Position numbers and translations under genes: made by a program. Source: Rebecca billardiae RCC1528 (taxonomy: Eukaryota; Protista; Haptophyta). Taken from it: a stretch of DNA of 64,000 nucleotides. Below, piece by piece: positions 56,073 through 64,000 of the stretch (position 1 is the stretch's first letter; every line of letters begins with the position of its first letter). Where the stretch lies: contig OZ251230.1 in the NCBI GenBank assembly GCA_965240325.2, positions 2,542,001-2,606,000 on the forward strand. Direction: 5' to 3'. The notes under the pieces are model-generated. The model did not search any database and was not told the DNA's origin. It saw only the letters and a list, made by a program, of their open reading frames with translations.

Positions 56073-57845
56073 CCGAGCGGCGTGGGCACGCGCAGCGAGT
56101 CGGCGCTGCCGGCGGGCGGCACGGCCGGGGCGGGCCCGCCGAGCGCGCCCGCGGGCGTCCCGGGGGGCGCCGGCGTCGAGGGCGGCGCGTGCGTCTGCGG
56201 CGGCGCGGGCACGGTGCCCAACGCGCCGTCAGCCGCGCGGGCGGTCACGGCCCCGCGCAGCCGCGCGCCGCCCTCGCCCTCGCCGCCGCCCGCCAGCGCC
56301 TCGAGTGCCGCGCGCACCGCCTCGGGCCGGATGTCCGCGGTGGTGCACGCGCCCGCGACCGCGGGCGCCGCGCACCCCGCGCCGGCCTGCTGCGCCGGCG
56401 GCGGCTGCTGCCGCTGCAGCGCGCGCGGGCCGCCGCCCGCGAGCGGGCTCGGCGATGGCGCGGGTGGGCGCGGCGGGCCCGGCGGCGTCTGCGAGGCGCC
56501 GCTCGAGTCCGAGAGCGTCGCGGCCACGCCCTCCGCGAGGGCGAGCGCGGACGGGCAGCCGCGCAGCCGCGACGCCTTCGACGCCGCGATCCCGAGCATC
56601 CCCGCCGCGTGCGGGGTCGGCGAGGTCACCTGCGAGCCCTGCTCTGACGAAATCGAACCGGGGAGCGGCCCGCCGCCGCCGCCGCCGCCGCCACACCACG
56701 ACGATGGCGCGTGCGCGCCGCCGGCGTGCTGCGCGCTCGCCGCGCTCGCCGCCGCGCCGAGCACCGAGCAGTCCGTGTACGCCACGCGCCAGCCCGCGCC
56801 AGCCGCCATGCTGGTGAGCGCGCCCGCAGGCGTGTTTGGGTGCGTCGGGAAGGGCAGCGCGGTGCCACAGCTGGGGCCCGCGCCGCCGCCGCCGCCGCCG
56901 CCCGGCGCGCCGCCGAACGCGCGCGCGCACCGCGCCGCCGGCATCGCGCCGCCCGCGAACGCCGCCGCGTGCGCCGCGCCCAGCCCGGACATCGGCGTGT
57001 TCGGGTGGCAGGTCGGCGTGGTGGCGGAGGCGCCAAAGGGCTCGGGCGCGCCGCCGTCCGCCGCCGCGGCCGAGCCAGCCGACACAACTCGGGCGAGCGC
57101 GCCGCCGCCTCGGGTGAGGCTAGCGCGTCGCGCGGCGATCGAGAGGAGAGAGAGCTGCGCCGCCACCTCCGCCGACATCACGCCGCCGCGGCCGGGCAGC
57201 GGCGAGACCGAGTCCCGACGCTCCGCCTCCGCGTCCACCGCGTCCGCGCACGCCGGCAGCGCGCCTAGGCCGTCGTCAGTCCACTCCGCTCCGCGGCACT
57301 CAACCGAGCCCTCCGCGTCCGCGTCCGCGCCGCCGGCCAAGCCCGACTCCGCCTCCGCCTCCGCCTCCGCCTCCGCCTCCGCCTCGAACGACGCGTCGGG
57401 CGCGTCGGCGGCGCTGCAGCCGCCGCGCCCGTACCCGCCGTCCTCGCCGGCGTACCCGCCGGCCTCACCGCCGGCGTAACCGTCGGCGTAACCGCCGCCG
57501 TCCGGCAGCAGGCCACCCAGGGAGAGGCGCGCGCCGCCGCCCGCACCGAACGGCCTGTAGGAAGGCGAGGCGGCGGCGGCGCTCACCGCGTGCGCGGGCG
57601 GCAGGCGCTCCGCGGGCGAGAGCGCCGACGCCTCGAGCAGCCCCCGCAGCTGCGCCGCGTCCTCGAGCAGCAGCTGGCGGAGGGTCGCGATCTCGAGATC
57701 GCGATCTGCGAGCTCGGCGGCGAGATCGCGATCTGAGAGCTCGGCGGCATGCGACGCGTCGGACTCGTCCGGCAGCGCATCGGCGGCGGGCGCGTCGGCG
57801 GCGGGCGCGGCGGCGGGCGTGGCCGCGGCGGTGGCGGCGGCCGCC

Positions 57846-57883
<38 letters not shown>

Positions 57884-59395
57884 CTCCGCCTGCTCGCGTG
57901 CGGCCGCCGCGTCGGCGCGCGCCGCATCCGCCTCGGCGCGCGCCGCCTCGAGCGCCGCGGCGTGCGCCTCGGCCTCGGCCTCGCGCTGCCGCGCCGCCTC
58001 GGCCGCCGCCGCCTCAGCCACGCGCGCGCGCTCCTCCGCCGCCGCGGCGGCGTGCGCACGCGCCGCCGCCGCCTCCTCGCCGCCGCCGTCGGCGGCGGCG
58101 TCGGGCGCGCCCGCCGCGCCGCCGCCTCCGATCGACCCGAGTGCCTCCGCCGCGGCGTCGGCGGTGGCCTGGCGGTAGGCGCGCAGCTGCGCGCGGATCT
58201 CGCGCTCGAGCTTGTGCAGCGCGCCCGCCGAGCCCACGCCCTGCGCCGCCGCCGCGCGCAGCGACTCCAGCTCAGCCGCCCACGCGCCCGCGCCGGCGCC
58301 GGCCGCGCCGCCGCCCGCCGCGTCCGCAGCGCCGCCGTCGCCGCCGCCCGCGGCGCGCGCGGCGGCGGCGCGGCGCTGCGCGAGGCGCGCGGCGATCGCG
58401 GCGGCGAGCGTGGCGCCGGCGCACACGCACACGCACGCCACGCCGAGCGAGACGTTGCGCCGCTGCGCCCGTTGCAGCGCCTCCAGCCGCCCGCTCAGCT
58501 CACGCTCGCGCTCGGTGGCGCGCGCGAACGCGCGCGAGAACGCGCGCTCGAGCGCGCGCGGCCGGCGGTCGCGCGCGGCGGGCGCGGCCCAGTGCTCGAC
58601 GGCGCCGTCGACGGCAGTGAGCACCGAGCCGACGCGCGCGCGCGCGCGCTCCGCGCGCGCGTGCGCCCCCGCGCGCGCCTCCGCCGCCTTCTCGTGAGCG
58701 CTCGCGGCGGCGTGGCCGACGACGAGCGCTCCGACGACCGCGCGCCGCCCGCCGTTGAGCGCGGCGGCGGCGCGGCGGCAGGCGGCGAGGAGCGCGCGCG
58801 CCGGCGCGAGGAGGACCCTCAGCGCCGCCGCGCCGCCGGCGCCGACGCCCTCGCCCGCCCGCGCGCGCTCGAGCGCGCGCGCGAGCGCCAGGGCTGCGGC
58901 CTCGTCCGAACCGGCCGAGCCCGCGCCTGCGGCCGAGCACTGCGCGGCGAGGAAGGCGGCGGCGACGCCGCGCTCGAGCACGCCCGAGCCGTGCAGCTCG
59001 GACGCGTGGCGCGCGAGCGAGCCGCCGCCGTGCGCCACTGCCGCCACGCCGCCCGCCGCGCGCGCGCGCGCGGCGGAGGCGGCGGCGCGCGCGCCGCGCG
59101 TCGCGCCGCGCGCGCGCGCGGCGGTGGCGTTGGCGAGGCGCGCGCCCGCGCCGCGCGCGCGCTTGAGCGCCGAGCCCGTGTGCCGCGCCACGCGCGCGCG
59201 CACCGCGCCCAGCCGCGCCAGCGCCGGCGGCCGCGCGGGCGGCGGTGGCGGCGGCGGCTCGGGCGCGCGGGCCCACGACCAGCCTGAGCCGCCGCGCTGC
59301 ACCGCCGCCGCCGCCGCGGCGGGCGGCGGCGTGAGCGCGTGCGCCGCGGCGGCGCACGCGGCGGCGATCACGAGCGTGAGGGCTGCGCGCGGCAT
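53658..59395 (-). CDS. Large Ala/Gly/Pro-rich protein with signal peptide, TM segment and coiled coil; ~4 exons
   Basis: MPRAALTLVIAAACAAAAHA signal; TM VSLGVACVCVCAGATLAAAIA; ELADRDLEIATLRQLL coil. Probable introns ~54390-54577, 54064-54251 and 53817-53952. Confidence 0.65.
54066..54111. repeat. Interstitial telomeric (TTAGGG)n inside an intron
   Basis: gggttagggttagggttagggttagggttagggttggggttgggg. Confidence 0.95.
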
Positions 59396-59869
59396 CTGCT
59401 TCGTCCGTCCAGCGTCGTTGAGCCCAGTGCCCACGGCGCCGCGGCGGCGCTCGAACCGCGCGGGAGGGCAGGCAGCCAGCGGGCTTGGTCGTTGGCGACC
59501 GAGTGCGGAGGCGGGCGGCGCCCGGCAGCGCGCTCTCGGCCTTTCGCGCATCACGCACTCGCGAGCGGCGCGTTTGCTCACCAGCTTCAAGCTGCGGCAA
59601 AGGCAAGTTCGTCGGCGGGCGACCCGTTCGCCAGCGGCGGTCCAGCTCTCGACCCGGACCTTGAGAGAGACCGGACAGCGGCTGAAAACCTTTTGCCGCC
59701 GCGCTTGCTAAGCAAGCTTTTCGCTGGCGGATGGCTGCCGCGCCTGCCGCCGCCATCCAGGTCGGCTCTGGACTCGCCGCTGCTCGCGTCGGTCCCTGCG
59801 CGCCGACAGGCGGCACCGATGCCTGCGACGCGTCGAGCCAGTGACACGAGGGAGGACTGGGCGCCGAGC

Positions 59870-60394
59870 ATGCTCCGCCGGGCGCGCGAGGCAGCGGGCA
59901 AGGCCCTCGGTGCCCTCCGCAAGCCCGCAGCCGACGGAGCGCGCGCCGTGGCCGATCGCATGCAGCGTGCCGCAAAGTCGGGCGCCGAGCGCGTCGCGAG
60001 CGCGGGCGCGTCGACGGTGAAGGCGGCGGCCGCGAGCACCGCAGCGAAGGCGCAGCAGCTGAGCGAGCAGGCCGCTCAGCGCACCCAGCGCCTGGGCTCA
60101 CAGGCCTACCGATCGGTCGCGCCGGACGTCGGCGCGCGCTGGCGCTGGTTCCGTAACCGCGCGTTCGGTGGCACCGTCATCCTCGTCTTCGTGTACGCCG
60201 TCGGCGTGTCCACGCCCAAGGCGCTGGTCGATTGGTCGATGCGCCGAGAGCAGCTGCGCGCCGAGCGCGAGCAGCGGGAGAGGGCGCTCGCGCCCGGACG
60301 AGCGAGCGACGCGCACGGCGACGGCCCGGTGGCGCACGCGCTCGAGCGCGCAGCCAGCCTCTTCCGTGACCGCGGAGCCGGTGGCGGCGCGTGA
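59870..60394 (+). CDS. Small single-pass membrane protein, unknown function (basic amphipathic N-terminus, possibly mitochondrial)
   Basis: MLRRAREAAGKALG...; TM GGTVILVFVYAVGVSTPKAL; coding-like codon usage. Confidence 0.6.
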   Translation: MLRRAREAAGKALGALRKPAADGARAVADRMQRAAKSGAERVASAGASTVKAAAASTAAKAQQLSEQAAQRTQRLGSQAYRSVAPDVGARWRWFRNRAFGGTVILVFVYAVGVSTPKALVDWSMRREQLRAEREQRERALAPGRASDAHGDGPVAHALERAASLFRDRGAGGGA

Positions 60395-60891
60395 TGAATC
60401 GTCGCGTCGATGGAGGAGGCCATGGGCAGGGCGGCGGCGCATGCCGGCTTGCAGTTGCTGGCCGGTGGCTGCGCACGACGCGGGCAGACTCCGAAGACTG
60501 CGCGCGCACGACTGAGGCGCCTGACTTACGGCGGCACGTCATCATGATCAGATCGTCATTGGTACTCGGTAGCAGCGGCTGCGGGTCCGTCGTGCGGAAC
60601 AGTCACCGCGTCCGGCCCTTGCAGCCTGGGCCACGGCCGCCACCCGTCAGGATGGACTTAGCAGCCTCCCCCGTCCCGGCCGCGGGCCTCACTCTCATTC
60701 TCAACTCTTGATCAGGGCCTCACCCGCACGGTCAGGGGGCGCGGCGAACGCCGAACGGCATCGCATCTCGAGGCTGGAGATCTTTGGACGAGCGCGCTCG
60801 AGCCTCCGCCCCTCGGTCGCCACCTTGACCGTCTCGACAAGGGCGGGGGCGAGTCGTTGGCAGGCGCGCGCGCCCGCGCAGGGCGCGAGTG

Positions 60892-62206
60892 ATGAGCGCC
60901 CTGGCGTCAGTGGCGCTCGTCGCCGGCGCCGCGTGCATCGCCGCGTGCACGCCCATCGCGTGCGCCCTCCTCTTCTTCGCCGTGCAGCTCGTGCACTCAC
61001 GGGTGGCGGCCGCGCCGCGCGCCGTGCGCGCCAAGTTGGAGGAGCCGCCGCCGGAAGTGGATCTGCCGCGCGCGGTGGTCGGGCTGGTGCTGTGGTACCT
61101 GGTCGCGTGCATCGCGGTGAGCGTGCAGCGCGAGCTCGGCTGGATCGCCGGCTGCTTCGCCGTCGCGGCGTGCGTCTCGCTGCCGTTTGTCGACGGCGAC
61201 CATCGTGGCGCGCGCACGACGTCGCTGTTCACGCGCGAGACGCTGCACGAGCCGCTGACCGTGGCGTTCCTGTACGGAATGCTGCCGCTGCTGTGCGCCG
61301 TGCCGCTCCTCGTCGCCGGCCGCGGCGCCTGCCTCCACTGCTTCCTCTGGGGCCACCTCTGCTGGGACTCCGCGCGCGCCGCCGCTCTGCCCAACGCACT
61401 TGGCTGCGCTCTGCTCGTCGCCGCCGTCGTCAACTCCTTCGACGGCTTCGCGCTGCTGGACGACGCGCCGCTGCTGCCGACGCTCGTCGCGCTGCCCGTC
61501 GGTGCGCGCCGCGCGCGCGCTCGGACCCCCTCCAGCGCGCGCCCCGTTGCCTCACACGCCCCCTGCGCGCGCCCGCTCCCGCGCTCCCGCGCGCCCGCGC
61601 GCCCGCGCGCCCGCGCCACGCGCGCCCGCCGCAGGCAAAGGCCTGTACCGACTCTTCCGGCTGAATAAGGCGGGGTTCGTCTTCGGGCTGCTCATCTCCT
61701 CGCTCGTGAGCCGCGCGGTGCGGCAGCTGCTCGGCACGGTGCTGAGCGGCGCACTGGGCGCGGCCGCTCAGGCGGTGGTCGCATTCGCGGCCGCGGCGCA
61801 GCGGGTGGATGGGCCGGCGGGCGCGGTGCTCGGACTGGCGCTCGGCCAGGTGCCCGGCAGCGCCGGGGCTGCGGAGGTGGGGCTCGGCGTGGACGCGGGC
61901 GCCGGCGCGGGCGCGGCCGTGCCGCTCACGGCGCCGCCCGGCGGCTCAGGGGCCGTCTCGCACGGCCTGGGCGCGAGCGCGGCCGCGGCGCTGCCGCCAG
62001 CGGCGGCGGCCAGCGGCAGCGGCGCCGCGCCCGCAGGGCTGATGGGGTCGCTGCCAGGCCTAGCGAGCGCAGCGGGGACGGTCGGCACTGGCGCCATGGC
62101 CGTTGCTACCGAGGGTGGTCCCGCGCACAGCAGCGACTACGAGGCTGCTGAGCCAGGCCCACTCTCAGCGATCTTGGGGCTGCGAGTCCCTGCGTACCCG
62201 CGGTGA
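60892..62206 (+). CDS. Multi-pass membrane protein of unknown function, 2 exons
   Basis: Several hydrophobic helices; intron 61502-61634 joins ...LPV/GKGLYRLFRLNK in frame. Confidence 0.65.
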
Positions 62207-62562
62207 CGGGACGAGTCGGTATCGAGCCGTTGAGCTCGACTTTCTGATTCAACTACGCTAGCCGACGATCGACTATACACCTCATCGCGTCATCATCCAA
62301 CATTGTCAGTAAGCTATGCAGCGTCTATTTAGTGTCGTGACCTGGGGACTCAGTAGTAACGGACTCTCAGTAGTGAGCGTTCGTCAGAGTCGTGCCGACC
62401 GGGCACTCGGGCAGTCAGCTCGTCAAAAAAAGGACCAACGCCAACCGGCACCCTCGTCGGCTTTTCAAAACCAGGACCGCCGCGCGGGCTCGCGACGACG
62501 CAAGGGCAGCCGGGCTTGCTTTGTGCCGCGGCCCGCGAGCAGGCTGCGGCGCCGTCGCGACG

Positions 62563-63972
62563 ATGCCGTCGGCCGCTGCGTACATTCCGGTGCCGGCGGC
62601 CGCCGCGCCCGCACGCGCACCCGCCGGCACCGCCGTCTCCTACGGAGCCTCCGAGCCCGACGACTCCGCCGCCGAGGAGGAGGACGCGTGGTTCGACGTG
62701 GAGGAGGGCTTGGGCGAGGAGGGCGAGCGCGCCGACGGCTCGGCGGATGGGCCCGCGCCGAGCGCGCGCTGGCGGGCCGCGTCGCACGCGGTGGCGCTCG
62801 GCGCGCACGTGATCAGCAGGCGGCGCACGCACGTCCACGCCTTCGGCTCGCGCCCGTCCACGCGCATCGACATCTGGCTCGAGGAGATGGACCTCTCGAC
62901 CGCCGACATGCGCCGCGACCGCGACGCGATGTTCCTGCTGCTGGAGAACAGGTCGTACGGGTACCCCGGCACGGACGGCACGCTGCTCTCCAACTACCTC
63001 GCGTACTGCCTCAACCGCCACCCGCTCATCTCGATCATCACCGCGCACCCACTACACCCGTTCACGCGCGCCGAGCGCGTGATTGTGCTGCTCTGCTCCT
63101 TCTGCTGGGCGTTCTTCGTCAAGTCGATGATGCACCGGCCGGCGCTGGTGGCGCAGGCGTGGTACGTGTACTACACCGCGCTCGCGCTGCTCGTCATCCC
63201 GTACGAGATCGTGATCCGCGTCTTTGCCGTGTGCGCGTGCGTTCAGTACGACGACAGTGCAGAGGGCGTGAGCAAGAAGCGCCGGTGGGAGTGCTACGGC
63301 CGGACGGTGCTGGCGGCGCTCACGCTGTCGAACCTCGCGTTCATCGGCTGGGGCGTGTACTCCACGCTGCACGCGTACCACGTGCTCAAGCTCACGCACG
63401 CCATCACTCTCTTCCGCCAGTCGTGGACGACGATCGTCGCCAAGCTGTGGGCGATGGTGGTCTGGTTCCCGCTGTGGCAGCCGGTGTTCCTGCTGTGGTA
63501 CAACCACGACAAGGCGCGCTGGGTGAACACGCACCCGCCCGCCGACCCGTGCCACCTGTGCGCGTCCACCACCGAGGACACGCACGTGCACCCGCTGTAC
63601 TGGCTGCTCGTCACCGCCCGGCTGCGCCCGCCCGCCGCGCCGCGCCGCGCGGCGGGCTGGACGGCGGCGCACGTCCCGACGCTGCCTGTCATCGACCCGA
63701 AGGCGAAGAAGGTGTCGGTGCCGGCGCTGACCGCGCTCGCGGCGCAGCGCGCGAAGGCGCGGCGGAGCAAGAGCGCGCCCAGCACGATCGCGCGCAACCT
63801 GCCCGGCGCGCCGGCGGGCGCAGCGGAGCACAATAATGGCGGCGGCGCGGCGGCGGCCGCAGGGCCAGAGCACGCGGCAGCCTCGGCAAACGGCGGCGCG
63901 GACCGGAGGGGCCTCGGCCTCTCCGCGAGCCTCAATGCGCGGCCCGCGGCCGGCGAGATGCAGATGCTGTGA
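62563..63972 (+). CDS. Polytopic membrane protein (HP..PFTR.ER family), intronless paralog of 49140-52864
   Basis: MFLLLENRSYGYPGTDGT...NRHPLISIITAHPLHPFTRAERVIVLLC; about 4 TM helices. Confidence 0.85.
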   Translation: MPSAAAYIPVPAAAAPARAPAGTAVSYGASEPDDSAAEEEDAWFDVEEGLGEEGERADGSADGPAPSARWRAASHAVALGAHVISRRRTHVHAFGSRPSTRIDIWLEEMDLSTADMRRDRDAMFLLLENRSYGYPGTDGTLLSNYLAYCLNRHPLISIITAHPLHPFTRAERVIVLLCSFCWAFFVKSMMHRPALVAQAWYVYYTALALLVIPYEIVIRVFAVCACVQYDDSAEGVSKKRRWECYGRTVLAALTLSNLAFIGWGVYSTLHAYHVLKLTHAITLFRQSWTTIVAKLWAMVVWFPLWQPVFLLWYNHDKARWVNTHPPADPCHLCASTTEDTHVHPLYWLLVTARLRPPAAPRRAAGWTAAHVPTLPVIDPKAKKVSVPALTALAAQRAKARRSKSAPSTIARNLPGAPAGAAEHNNGGGAAAAAGPEHAAASANGGADRRGLGLSASLNARPAAGEMQML

Positions 63973-64000
63973 CCTCTTGGTCGCCACGGGGCGCCCCTCT

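Noticed and set aside
1-64000. Hundreds of long R/A/P/G-rich six-frame ORFs, including antisense overlaps
   Set aside because: Expected from very high GC and stop-codon scarcity; no domain motifs; they are shadows of real genes.

Overview
Very GC-rich eukaryotic DNA with short GC-rich GT-AG introns, TTAGGG repeats and signal/transit peptides. It most resembles a haptophyte (Pavlovales-like), which is an inference. Most of the long six-frame ORFs are GC artefacts. About 20 real genes are supportable, many in tight head-to-head pairs: GH30 glucosylceramidase, FHA protein, SMR transporter, sulfotransferase-like protein, YccV/HspQ protein, cyclophilin, Agenet/AP2-like protein, Sel1-MYND (frameshifted), GNAT, macrodomain protein, two ankyrin-MYND paralogs, a ~2130-aa J/WW/UBA/kinase/RING protein, two paralogous polytopic membrane proteins and several unknowns. 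The 21-49 kb interval is an unstable accessory region. It holds long inverted repeats, a mosaic 4-copy amplification of kinase-gene fragments plus an unknown cassette, and a 4.9-kb CACAG-terminated TIR element (43879-48801). That element carries a degenerate Fanzor/TnpB-like (RNA-guided nuclease) gene and a structured 3' end that is a candidate omega-RNA. All domain calls are by eye; no database searches were run.
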